A stretch of 63,078 bases of DNA, the filler included, from Octopus bimaculoides (taxonomy: Eukaryota): the NCBI RefSeq assembly GCF_001194135.2. It is 5 parts of 5 records of this genome, joined end to end, with 100 filler letters (N's around TTAATTAATTAA, not from the genome) between each part and the next. Parts side by side here need not be neighbours in the genome. Positions count along the whole stretch, not along the records: positions 31,503 to 45,054 come from NC_068986.1; positions 45,155 to 58,188 come from NC_068993.1; 3 more parts are not named here. One strand, written 5' to 3'. Below are positions 39,101 to 51,359 of the stretch, piece by piece. Every line of letters starts with the position of its first letter. Position 1 is the first letter of the stretch. The notes under the pieces are model-generated. The model was not told the DNA's origin and searched no databases. It was given only the letters and a program-made list of their open reading frames with translations. The position numbers and the translations under genes were made by a program.

Positions 39101-39432
39101 CATGTATATATGTGTGTACATATATATATGTGTGTGTGAAAGAGAATGTATGTGGTGTGTGTGTGCGTATCAATGTCACATATATCGCCCCCTTCCATGC
39201 TGGCTAGGAGCTGCTTTGGTATAGGTTCTATGACTGGATGCCCTTCCTAATGCCAATCACTTTTCAGAGTGTACTGTGTGCTTTTTATGCAGAACCTGCA
39301 GCAGTAAGGTTCAACTTAACTTCTGAGAAATCCCTTCCAACTGAGAGGAGAGGTGGTAATGAGGGAGGTGGCTTTGTGCCAGATGATGAGAGGTTAGAGT
39401 ATGATAGAGGGACAGAAACAAGTGTTTATCAA

Positions 39433-39630
39433 GTGCAATGCTTATTTATTCACATTGTTTTGAATTAATCAGGTATTATCGTGTAACTTTGAGATTTCAT
39501 TGATGTGATTCTTTGTTTTTAGAATGAAATTGTAGGGTAGGTGTGAGAGGCTGAATTTGGCCAGTTTGAACATTAAAAAGAAGGTAGACTATTTTTACTG
39601 GATGTGGTTGGTTTAAATGCTAAAGGGTTA
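39433..39630 (+). mobile_element. Partial MITE with CCCTTTAGCATT-type TIR and TTAA end (piggyBac-like)
   Basis: Ends aaatgctaaaggg-TTAA at ~39630; left end missing. Confidence 0.45.
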
Positions 39631-39774
39631 ATGGATGAAGGATGGATAACAAGTGAAATGGTTGTGAGTGGTTGTGGGCAGTAAGAAAAGTGGTATCAAG
39701 AAAGAACTACAGTTAGGAAGGTGATGGGTGGTTGGGGTGACTTGAGGGGAAAGGAAATTGGATGAAGGGCCCAG

Positions 39775-40090
39775 TTGTGCATATATACACTCACAGTGCT
39801 ACGAGAACTGTTTTACCGAGGCTGGCAGGTTTTCTTGAGAAATGCATATCGCCAGTAATCCTAGTTTTTTGTCATCTGCTCTGTGAGGTTCGAGGTCCTG
39901 AGATTAACCTTCATCACTTCATCCCATGTCTTTCTGAGATTTCCCCTTCCACAAGCTCCATTCACATTAAGATATTGATACTCTGTGTAGTTGTAATTCA
40001 TTATCCATATGCACTGCATGTCCATATTGGTGCAGTCTTCTTTCTTGCACACTACATCTTATTTCTCTCAGTACATTTGTACTATCTTTG
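39775..40090 (-). mobile_element. RTE ORF C-terminal fragment
   Basis: …VNGACGRGNLRKTWDEVMKVNL…, homologous to 42750-43030. Confidence 0.75.
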
Positions 40091-40094
40091 TACT

Positions 40095-41620
40095 AGTGTT
40101 GCTAGTTTAGAGAATTTAGACTTGGTCGATATTTTCTTATGAAATGCATTTCCTTGCTAATGTGTTCATTTTGGCTAGCATTTTCTTTGAATTTGTATAA
40201 TGGAAACGTTGTGAATTTGGGAAATTTGTTGGAAGCACATTCATCGATGTGCTGGCTGAGAGGTATTCTTATTTGAGATTTGTGCACGCCATCCTCTGAT
40301 GTAGGCTGTTTTTTGTGTGTCCAATATATTGCTGTTTACATTCCGAGCATGTAATTAAGTAAATCAAGTTCTCCGATGCACGTGTAAAATTAGTTTTTGT
40401 GGTGAAATTATGGCCTTGTTCTAATCGGTGTTCTGATCATTCTATTATGTTGACACAAATCCCACAGTTGGGTCTCCTGCATTTTTTTACTGTCGGATTA
40501 GTGTTTATTGTTGAGTGTAATTTGGCCTGGGTTAAAATCTTTTTCGTTGATTTTGGTTGTTCCTTACTTTTGATGATTGTGTGTGTTTTGAGGATTTGAT
40601 TCATCTTTGGTTCTCTCTTGAGCAGATCTGTGCTGTGGAGTATAGTGTTGAAGGCCTCATTGTTATGTGGGTTGTGTGGAAATGTTAGGCAGGGTTTTCT
40701 ATTTTTCTTTCTTCTTTGGTCTTGGTTGTCTAAGTTCTTGTGTATTTAATTTAAGTACTCGTTGGATTGTATTGTCAATTAAGAGTTGTGGGTAATTCCT
40801 ATTGATGAGTGTGGTTTTCAATTCCTGGAGTTGTGTGTAATGGGTGTTTGCATCTGATACTATTGTGCATATTCTTTTGGATAAACAAAATGGGATATTC
40901 ATGCTGGTGAGTCTTGGGTGGTAAGAATCAAATGGCAGGTACTTTTTCAAGTCTATGGGTTTGTAATAGATATCTGTCTCTATTTTCTTCCTGATTTTCT
41001 TAATAGGAGTATCTAAAAATGGTAGTTGTTCCTGGTTGTACTCTATCGTAAATTGGAGGTTTTCATTTATTCCATTTAGAAGTGTTTGGAATTTGTTAAG
41101 TTTTCCTATACTTTCATTCCAGAGGATGAAGCAGTCATCGAGATATCTTTTCCAGTTGTTTTGAATGTAAGTGGAAAAGGAGTTTCTGTATTTCTCGAGA
41201 TAGCCCATTACCAGAATTGCAAAAGAAGGTGCAGACCATGTTCCTATTGCTGTCCCCGATTTTTGTTGGAATTAGTCATTGTTAAATATAAAATAATTGC
41301 TTTCTAGGATAAATCTTAGTCCTTCTATTATGAGTTCTTTTTTAATGCGAGAGGGAAGTTCATAGGTATAATTGTGTAATGGTTTCTATTCCTAGCGTAT
41401 GGGGAATGTTTGAATATAGGTTGACTACATCGAAGGATACTAGCAGTGTTTTCTCATTGACTGTTTTTGGGAGGTGGTTGAACATATCCAGGTCATCCCT
41501 TATGTAGCTCTTGATGTGTTTGAGGAATTTTATGACAAAGACAACCTCGTTTAGGTTTAGCAGCCCTTCCTGTTTCTTTTCACTGTCCTGTTTGTGTCAC
41601 CAATTTTGACACTCTGCAAA
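40095..41620 (-). mobile_element. Penelope-like element, RT plus GIY-YIG, decayed
   Basis: VSFDVVNLYSNI, GTAIG, WKRYLDDCF…LPFLD…DIYYKP…LPFDSYHP; NLIYLITCSECKQQYIG; KEMHFIRKYRPSLN. Confidence 0.92.
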
Positions 41621-41954
41621 ACACCAAATTTTATTTAATTTGCTTTGCGGGAGCAACTGTTTTATTGAAAGCATATATTGTATAGATGGGGCAATAAGGG
41701 AAATGGGTAATTTACAAACCAACAGGAAAAATAATGATATCAACAATAATAATGGTGAGAGAGATGAAAAATAANNNNNNNNNNNNNNNNNNNNNNNNNN
41801 NNNNNNNNNNNNNNNNNNNNNNNNNNNNNNNNNNNNNNNNNNNNNNNNNNNNNNNNNNNNNNNNNNNNNNNNNNGGGCACTGGCAACGATCTCGCTCTAA
41901 AACCCTACAAAGGCCAGTCAGGCGATATATATATATATATATGTCTGTACGTAT

Positions 41955-43140
41955 TGTCGTCATCATTTAACGTCCGCTTTCCATGCTAGCACGGGTTGGA
42001 CACGATTTGACTGAGGACTGGTGAAACCAGATGGCTACACCAGGCTCCAATCTGATTTGACAGTGTTTCTAAAGCTGGATGCCCTTCCTAAAGCCAACCA
42101 CTCAGAGAGTGTAGTGGGTGCTATTATGTGTCACCCGCACGAAGGCCAGTCAGGCGGTACTGGCAATGGCCACGCTTGAAATGGTGTATATTACGTGCCA
42201 CCTGCACAGGAGCCAGTCCTGTGGCACTGTAGAAAGGGCGTAGGTAGAAACTCCATAAGATGTATCCAGTGTAAGCTATGGACACATAAGAGGTGCAGCA
42301 ATATCAAAGGCAGGCTAACTAGCAAGATAGTTTTTGTATGTGGCAGATACTCAGGAGCAATAAACACTGCAAATGTGCAGAAAACAACCTTTGCCGCACT
42401 CCAGGGAGAAAAAAGTGCAGAAAAGAACTTCTGTCACATTTCAGGGAGAAAAACTAGATGTAGTTGATAGCTTCCACTATCTGGGTGACCAAGTTAGTAG
42501 TGGGGGAGGGTGTGCTGAAAGTGCAGCTGCTAGAATAAGAATAGCCTGGGCAAAGTTCAGAGAGCTCTTACCTCTGCTGGCGACAAAGGGCCTCTCACTT
42601 AGAGTAAAAGGCAGACTGTATGACGCATGCATATGAACCGCCATGCTACATGACAGTGGAACATGGGCCGTGACTGCTGAAGACATGCGTAAGCTCGCAA
42701 GAAACAAAGCCAATATGCTCCGATGGATGTGTAATGTCAGTGTGCATACTCAACAGAATGTAAGTAACTTGAGAGAAAAGTTGAACCTAAGAAGTATCAG
42801 TTGTGGTGTGCAAAAGAGGCGATTGCACTGGTATGGACATGTGGTATGGACATGTGGCAAGAATGGATGAGAATAGCTGCGTGAAAAAGTGCCACAGCCT
42901 AGCAGTTGAGGGAACCTGTGGAACAGGAAGACCTGGGATGAGGTGGTGAAGCACAATCTCCGAACATTAGGCCTCAAAGAGGCAATGACTAGTAACCAGG
43001 ACCTCTGGAAATATGCAGTACGTGAGAAAACCCGGCAAGGCAAGTGAGAGCATACTCTGTGGCCTCTGCCAGAAGTGTAGCCAGCTCACTTATTTGTATC
43101 CTTACCTCATTGGACACTAGACTCTGCTTGCGAAGACCTG
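41955..43140. mobile_element. RTE LINE copy with internal inversion (3' UTR minus 41955-42222; ORF plus 42222-43140)
   Basis: CRKGVGRNSIRCIQCKLWTHKRC…FHYLGD…AWAKFRELLPLL…KGRLYDAC on plus is fused to the reverse-complemented 3' UTR and (GAT)n tail. Confidence 0.85.
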
Positions 43141-43144
43141 TATG

Positions 43145-43176
<32 letters not shown>

Positions 43177-43214
43177 TGCACGTATATATTTATGTATGTA
43201 TATATGTATATATA

Positions 43215-43990
43215 TCATCATCATCATCGTTTAATGTCCGCTTTCCATGTTAGCATTGGTTGGACGATTTGACTGAGGACTGGTGAACCAGGTGGCTACA
43301 CCATACTCCAATCTGATTTGGCAGAGTTTCTACAGCTGGATGCCCTTCCTAACACCAACCACTACGAGAGTGTAGTGAGTGCTTTTACGTGCCACCGGCA
43401 CGAAGGCCATTCAGGCGGTACTGGCAATGGCCACGCTTGAAATGGTGTATTTTACATGCCACCTGCACAGGAGCCAGTCCAGTGGCATTGGCAACGATCT
43501 CGCGTGAATGTCTTTTCACGTGCCACTGGCACAAGTGGTAATGATCACGCTCAAATGCTGCTATTTACGTGCCACCGGCACAGAAGCCAAGCAGCTGCTC
43601 TGGCAACGATCACGCTTGGACGGTGCTCTTAGTCCTCCACTGGTACAGGTGCCATCACGATTTCACTTTCGCTTGCCCCAACAGGTCTTCACAAGCCAAG
43701 TTTAGTGTTCAGTGAAAGAGACATTGGCATGGGTGCCAGTCGTCAAATTTAGTTTGATTTCGATTTCACTTGCTTCAACAGGTGTTTAGTGTCCAATGAA
43801 GGAATGGTATGCATAAGTGGGCTGGCTACATCCCTGACAGAGGCCTTGGATTTTGGTCTTACTTGGCTTGCCGGGTCTTCTCACGCACAGCATATTTCCA
43901 GAGGTGTGGCACTTTTTCACACAGTTATTCTCATCCATTCTCGCCACATGACCATACCAGCGCAATCGTCTCTCTTGCACACCACAACTG
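43215..43990 (-). mobile_element. RTE LINE 3' end (ORF C-terminus plus 3' UTR with sub-repeats)
   Basis: QERRLRWYGHVARMDENNCVKKCH…; (CAT)n at 43215. Confidence 0.85.
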
Positions 43991-44034
43991 ATGTATATAT
44001 GTATATATATGTATATATGGATATATATATATAT

Positions 44035-44225
44035 ATGCTTTCATCCAGCTGTAGAAACTCTGCCAAATTTAGATTGGAGCCTGGTGTTGCCATCCGGTTT
44101 CACCAGTCCTCAGTCAAGTCGNNNNNNNNNNTTGGAGCCTGGTGTTGCCATCCGGTTTCACCAGTCCTCAGTCAAGTCGTCCAACCCATGCTAGCATGGA
44201 AAGCGGATGTTAAACGATGATGATG
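44035..44225 (+). mobile_element. RTE 3' tail (contains 48-bp assembly duplication)
   Basis: catccagctgtagaaactctgcc…gcatggaaagcggatgttaaacgatgatgatgat. Confidence 0.8.
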
Positions 44226-44598
44226 ATATGCATATATATGTATACATATATGCATAGATATATATATATATATGCATATTCATATATATACGTATATATA
44301 TATATATATAGATATATGTATGTATATTTATGTATAAATATATATGTATGCATATCATCATCATCATCATGATATACATGTACATACATATATATAGATA
44401 AATATACATACATATATCTATATATGTATGTATATGTATATATGTTTAAATATATATATGAAGATATATATATATATATATGTATGTATAATTGTTTAAA
44501 TACATATATGTATATATATATGTATATGTATATATGCATATATATGTATATATATATATATGCATGTATATATGTATATATATATGCATATATCTATA

Positions 44599-44640
<42 letters not shown>

Positions 44641-44641
44641 T

Positions 44642-44700
44642 ATCATACCGATGAAGGAAATGGAGTGTCATCGCTCCTAATCCAGAAACGCGTTTATGAT
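44642..44700 (+). ncRNA. Minimal hammerhead ribozyme-like motif, Penelope pLTR-type (core U4>C)
   Basis: AUCAUA-CcGAUGA-A-GGA(aau)GGAG(loop)CUCC(uaa)UCC-a-GAAACGCGUU-UAUGAU; stem I AUCAUA/UAUGAU and palindromic ACGCGU. Confidence 0.6.
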
Positions 44701-45154
44701 TAACTTCGACTGGTTAGTTTTCATTGTTTTTCTTCTTGTTTTGCCTTTGTGAGTTACAAGTAATGCTATCTGTTGGAATCTCAGCTTTTTAGCTGCTATT
44801 TCTGAACTTCGGTATGTGGTGAAGCAACTATTTGCTGATCCCTTAATTATGTTTATAAATGTATAAGAACTTTTAAATAAGTTCTCCACTGATAATGGTG
44901 TTTACATACCGAAGGGCTTGGTAAAATTATTAATTGTTAATTTATTAATAAATTTATAAATTGATAAACCTTTACCCTTTTAATTGTAATATTTATTCAC
45001 TCCCTGATAGTAAACCGCAAATTTTCTGCGGTATTGCTTGTGACGCACATGGTANNNNNNNNNNNNNNNNNNNNNNNNNNNNNNNNNNNNNNNNNNNNTT
45101 AATTAATTAANNNNNNNNNNNNNNNNNNNNNNNNNNNNNNNNNNNNNNNNNNNN

Positions 45155-45209
<55 letters not shown>

Positions 45210-45922
45210 CATATACGCACACACACATACGCACACTTACATGCGTAACTTACTTAGATACATGCGTGCATACATGCATACATACATACATACGTACATC
45301 CGTACATATGTATACACATGAATTTCATAGACACACAGACACGAATGTAAATATGTATATATGCACTCGTGTAAGTAGGTGTTTACCCTGTCTATCTATC
45401 TCTCTATCTCTCTATCTATCTATGTGTGTATGTGTGTATGCGTGCCTATGTTTGTGTGCATAACTATATGTTCATTAGTGTGTGTGTATGCTCCTGTCTG
45501 TGTGTGTGTGTGTGTGTGTGTGTATACGTGTGTGAGTGTGTCTGTGTGTGTGTGTATACTCGTGTGTGTGTATCAGGATATTAGTGAATGTAACATCGCA
45601 TTGTATTTTGCCTACATTTCTGCAATCACCAGGAAACATAGTTACTAGCTATTAAATATGATATCACTAACACACGCACACACACATACGCACCCACATG
45701 CGCACACACCCACACACAGATCTATGTATATATATATATGCGCACGTATTTTTAGTACCATTTGTTCTTAGAGTATCACATAACTTCACAAGATCAAAGA
45801 CATCTTTTTGCTTTTTTTTATTATAATTCATATAGTTATCTTTTATGGTATCATGTAGTGTAATGAATACACACATAGACATATAAACCATTAAGCCTAT
45901 ATATATATATATATATATATAC

Positions 45923-45958
<36 letters not shown>

Positions 45959-46320
45959 NNNNNNNNNNNNNNNNNNNNNNNNNNNNNNNNNNNNNNNNNN
46001 NNNNNNNNNNNNNNNNNNNNNNNNNNNNNNNNNNNNNNNNNNNNNNNNNNNNNNNNNNNNNNNNNNNNNNTATATATATATATATATACAAACATGTATA
46101 TGCATACATATGTACATACATATATGCACACACATACATATACATATATACATATGCATGCATACACAAGCACACGCATATATGCTTGTGTTTGAGGAAA
46201 GAACGCATGAGTGTGTGGGGGTGTGAGTGATGTGTACATACCTGTGTATGTAATGATATATATTAGAGACAAATAAAAGAACAGCAACAATAATAATAAT
46301 AATAATAATAACAATAAATG

Positions 46321-46371
<51 letters not shown>

Positions 46372-46759
46372 ATAGAATGATAATAGTATATATAAATAAT
46401 TTAGTATATATAAATTATTTGTTATGCTTAACATTCTCAAACAAATTGTTGTATCTTCTGCTTCTGTCAATTTATAAAAAACAACCTAACTCTCACCCTT
46501 AAAGTAATTTTCAAAAAAGTGAAACCCACCCCTTTTTTTGTAGTTAAAGAAAAGAAAGCCCGTTTTATTATTTTTTTGTTTTTGTTTTTGTGGAAAAAAC
46601 TTATTCAGCTTAATTAATCGTGGTTATGCCGCAAATCACACGGTACAACAGACTCAATAACTCGTTAGATGCAACATTCAAAGGTATTTTAACTTCTTGG
46701 GTTAAATCTGTATAATAATAGCTCCATACCATAAGCTACGATATGTTACATGTGGCACA

Positions 46760-46935
46760 ATCGTTAAGCACTCCAAACAAAGCGCTTAGCGGCGTTTCTT
46801 TCATCTTTACATTCTGAGTTCAAACTCCACCGATGTCGATAAAAAATGTACCAGTTAAGTATTGGGGTCAATATAATAGACTAGCCCACTTTCCCAAAAT
46901 GTCGGCCCTTGTGCCTATAGAGGAAAGGATTATTG
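46760..46935 (+). mobile_element. SINE family B (tail type 2), internally deleted
   Basis: acattctgagttcaaactccaccgatgtcga…gcccttgtgcctatagaggaaaggattatt. Confidence 0.75.
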
Positions 46936-47445
46936 TTATTATTATTATTTCTTTGTATCACAGGTTTTGTTGGAACTCCTGGAGTCTTGCATGCATAGCG
47001 GGCTTGTGTACCATGCTATCCGTTTTTTTTGTTTCAACTAATACTTTTCTGGTTATTCTGGCCGTGCCAAGGAGGCAAACCTTTTGTAACAGTTCTACTG
47101 GGCACTCTGTTCCAATTTCCTTTATATTCCCCTTGATGCCTTCTGATACTGTTCCCAAGGACCCAACAATAATTGGCACTGTCTTCACCTTCTTCATTTT
47201 CCATAGCTGGGCTATTTCGTACTTAAGTGGGTTGTATTTATCTATCTTTTCGCCTTTCTTCTTGATTATTCGTGGGTCAAAGAGGCATGCAACATCAACT
47301 ATATAGCACGTGTGGTGCATCTTGTCGACCACCACTAGGTCCGGTCTGTTATGCTCTAGCACCTGATCTGTTTGGATTGAGAAATCCCAAAGGATTTTGC
47401 TAGTCTCCGACTCTGCCACTCTCTGCGGTTTGTACTCATACCGTT
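46935..47445 (-). mobile_element. R4/Dong-type non-LTR retrotransposon 3' end (RLE)
   Basis: ORF 46958-47419: ILWDFSIQTD…HNRPDLVVVDK…IVDVAC…EKIDKY…VPIIVGSLG…LQKVCLLGTARI; (TAA)n tail. Confidence 0.9.
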
Positions 47446-47467
47446 ATTATCATTATTATTATTATTG

Positions 47468-47996
47468 GACGACATCACTGTCATAGTGTCAAACTCTTCA
47501 GACATAGAAAAGATCGACACTATACTGTAAGAATATCAGGAATGCAAAGGAGCACTCATAAACCAGGACAAGTCAGTAGGAAAAGTCACTAGGCTCTTGG
47601 AGAGGCAGGTCGACTACCAGCGATTTCTATCGCAAGACGGAGGGTCCGGTGAAAGTGCTTGGATTCTGGTTCGGACCAGATTTCCAGGTAGATAGGAAAT
47701 GGGAAGAGGTCATGACTAAGGTGGCCAAGCTCACCCAGAAATGGGCAGAAAGGAAGCTGTCGCTGAAAGGCTGGGCAGAACTAGTGAATGCATATATCGC
47801 CTCAGTAGTGTACTGCCGCCTAGCCGTCGTAGTCTGTCCTAAGAAAACTCTGACCAGATTGGAGCGCTTGCTTTTCCGATTCTTATAGAAGAGTCAGGTT
47901 CCGCTGGTCAGAAAATCTATCTGCTGTCCAATGATGTGGCGCCACGCTTTGAGACTGTCGCACCTACAGAAATATCTAAATCACTGAGATGATGAA

Positions 47997-48037
<41 letters not shown>

Positions 48038-48050
48038 NNNNNNNNNNGAA

Positions 48051-48083
<33 letters not shown>

Positions 48084-49183
48084 AGCGGCGAAAATAAGGG
48101 TGAACTGGTGTGGGCGTCTTTGTGCGACACGTCTTTCCGAAGCTCATCTCATTGACAGAGCTGCAGTCATGGACCAAACGTTGACCAAGTTTGGGTGTTT
48201 GGTATCTAGAATGTTGGCAGATGCTCAGTGCATTGTACCAGCTGCCCAAAACAGTTAGCAGTTATTCAACCCCAGATTTCTATAGGGGTTAGTTGAGGGT
48301 ATGAGTGATGATGGCCTAGAATTGAATCTAGGTATTGACAGGAACAGTCTGAGTAGTCTCTTCCAGAGGGACTTCAGGTCGAAGATCATGGACAATTTCC
48401 AAAAGTCTTTGGCTTGGTAGTGCTGCAGAGATGTATTGCCCATTCGAGACAAGCTCTTCAGGCATGGAAGTGCCAATAGCCGAACCTGCTCGTGATCCTT
48501 GCAGGGGAACGAAACCGTCTTACATGCAATAATCCAATCTCCATGCATTAGAGAGTTGTGGGAGTGTGTGGAGGAACTGTTGTAGCGAGTAAGACGAATT
48601 CAGTTTTCTGCCGAGTGTATAGTGAAGATCGACGCACCACCTTCCCTCAGCAGAGAAGGAAGGCAGATCTTTCTCTGCTTAGTGGCTGTGGCAAAAGCGG
48701 CTGTGTGGTGGATCTGTCTGAAAAATTTGAAGACGCACTTTCCTATCCTATCCAAGCCCTCATCAATTTCTTCAAATATCTTTTGAAGAGGAAGGTGAGG
48801 GTAGAGGGAGAGGTGCTGCCTTCTAGTGTGTTTAGCAAAAGGTGGTCGACAGTGGCAAGACTGGTGAGACTGAATGGATCTACTCTGAATATGCTTTTCT
48901 AAGCAGGAGGAAAGAAACTGGAAGGTGCCACTTTCCCATGCCTTGGAGATGGCAGAGTAATCCAGGATTTTTGTGTGGGGTTCACTCTGGATTACCCTAG
49001 GTAGGCTGCCCCGCTATTGGGGATTCTATTTATTTATTATTTTCTCTACTTTCTGTTATACATCATCTGTTATATCTATCTTGATTGATGTTAGCCCCAC
49101 ATGTTTTTGTAAATTTTTGTTCTGTAACTTGTCCTTCGATATTATCCTCCATGTCGTAGGCCCTTGTGGCCAATAAAAGAAAT
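47468..49183 (+). mobile_element. 5'-truncated Tx1/L1-clade LINE (RT C-terminus, zinc knuckle, 3' UTR)
   Basis: DDITVIVS…INQDKSVG, VLGFWFG…W…LSLKG, LAW…LPIRDKL…ETVLHA, AATAAA-like 3' end; interrupted by (GAC)n at 47995-48085. Confidence 0.85.
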
Positions 49184-49251
49184 CATCATCATCATCGTCA
49201 TCATCATCATCATCATCATCATCATTATTATTATTATTATTATTACTATTA

Positions 49252-49297
<46 letters not shown>

Positions 49298-49344
49298 CGT
49301 TATTGTTATTATTATTAATCTCTCCCTGTATTTTCTCCAATAAA

Positions 49345-50340
49345 CATAGTGACAATCATTTTAATACGTGTAAATTGCACGTAGTTCGAAGTCAGCTTCG
49401 AAGCAACGTGAGAGCCATTACTGAAACCAGAATTTTAAGGGCACATGCACTCACCCCCGTGTTTGACAACGACAAAGTGTACTCATATTGTGATCTGATG
49501 GGATCAGGCGGTGTAGCAGCAGTGCTTTTCCGGAAAGAAATAGGTTTAGAGGTACAGACTATCTTTCTAGATCCATGAATCCTGGAGCCGGTGATGCTAG
49601 ATGAGAATGAGAGCAAAGAAGTGCCTTCGGACTAGCGACCATCTATGCAGCTAATAGTGCAGGACGGTCAAACTTCTTTAGAAGTGTAGAAACCTTCCTG
49701 AGGACGTCCTGCTCTCTGGTATTAGTGGAAGACTGGAATGGTATTTTAAACGCACGATTGTATAGGATTAACTCATAGTAAGGGGTGAAAAAGAATCAGA
49801 AACCTGTTCAAATTTTTCCAGCTGTGTGACAGGTCCGATTAAATTTCCTGAATGTGCCAGTGTGGACTTAGAGTAATCACAATGAATATTCCAGATTGTA
49901 CGTAGAGTACTTGTTGGGTTAGCTCTTAGAGACAGCACAGAGTGTCCACAATTTAAACTACACAGATCACATATTCATGATTTGCACAGTCGACTTAGAA
50001 AGGATTCATAAACAGGGACCCGGCTGCTGGAATCTGAACGCGTGTTTCCAGGCGTGAAAAGACTACAGAGATTGGATTAGCGAGCTAATCAAAAGGCGTT
50101 TGACGAGGACATTTGTTAACAACAAGTGGTAAGGAAGTTTGGTGAGTCAATAGCGTATAGTAAAAGTTAGTGATAGAGAGAAACAGATCAGAGGTGGCGG
50201 GGGAGACCTACTTAGTAAACTAGAAGAGATAATTAAAAATGGCATCGCAACCAAAGGGAAGAATGAATTCGTCCATTTCTTCTATGCGAACCACGAAGGC
50301 TGCGGTATCAAGGATGAGCTCATGTGCTAAAACAAGAAGT
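49345..50340 (+). mobile_element. Tx1/L1-clade APE endonuclease fragment
   Basis: AITETRI…GGVAAVLF…IYAAN…VLVEDWNGIL…DHIF…GPGCWNLN across frameshifts. Confidence 0.8.
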
Positions 50341-50929
50341 AACGAATGCCATTCGATGGCAAATGTAGCGGAGGCGTCTGAATGAAAGGATAATTATCTT
50401 GAGCAAATCAAGGAACCACACAAATTCAGAAATGTATAGATCCCAGGTGTGTTCTTCAGCCTACTGGTGCCAGCTCAGTGTATACAACCCATCATTGAAA
50501 AAGATTATATCCACTCCTGCAGTATTTTCTGTACAACCTCTGTATAATCGTAAAATGATAAAATTATTTAATAGTTTATATATGCATATACATGTCCGTA
50601 CAGGTGAATGAGAAACATTAAAGGATGATAAAGTACTCAATTGTTCCTCTACTTCGAGCATATGTCCTCTTCCTGCTTTAATCTCCACGCAAAACAAAAG
50701 ATGAATCATTCATTCAAACCATGTTCGTCTTTCTTTCCCCCACTTTTTAGTCAATCTACTCGATGACAGTATCCCCTTTTTAAACCTTCACCTGGTAATT
50801 TAAAAGTTGACCAACCCTTGTCCGGAGAAGTAATCGCCATGTTCACTAAAATACCTGCACGTTCTCTACATATCTCCAGCAAGTCCAGTTGACAGAATTG
50901 CCTGTGCCTGTGCCTGCAACCTATTTTTT

Positions 50930-51307
50930 TTTCCTGTATAGCTACTGTAGGCACAAAGCCTGGATTTGGGGGAGTGAGTTAAATCGATTACATCGACCCT
51001 AGTGTTTTACTGGTACTTAATTTATCGACACCCGAAAGGATGAAAGGCAAAGTCAACATCGGCGGAAATTCACAACAACAACAACGACAATCCTTTGTAC
51101 TAGAGACACAAGGCCTGAAATTTTGGGGGAGGGGGCTGGTCGATTACATCAAACCCAGTGCATAACTGGTATTTGTCTTATCGACCTCGAAAGGCTGAAA
51201 GACAAAGTCGACTTCGGCGGAATTTGAACATAGAAATTTGAAGTCGGAAGAAATGCAGTTAAGCATTTTGTCCGGTGCGGTAATGATTCTCTTAGCTTGC
51301 CGCCCTC

Positions 51308-51310
<3 letters not shown>
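50930..51310 (-). mobile_element. Two adjacent SINE family B copies
   Basis: The core atcgac…aaaggatgaaaggcaaagtc…cggcggaattt is repeated at ~51030 and ~51180. Confidence 0.8.

Positions 51311-51359
<49 letters not shown>

Noticed and set aside
44074-44179. 48-bp exact direct repeat
   Set aside because: The copies flank a 10-N gap; this is an unmerged contig overlap.
38841-46470. His/Thr/Tyr/Ile/Cys/Val-repeat ORFs
   Set aside because: Translations of CA/TA/TG microsatellites; the same applies at 25.5, 30.8, 31.5 and 56 kb.
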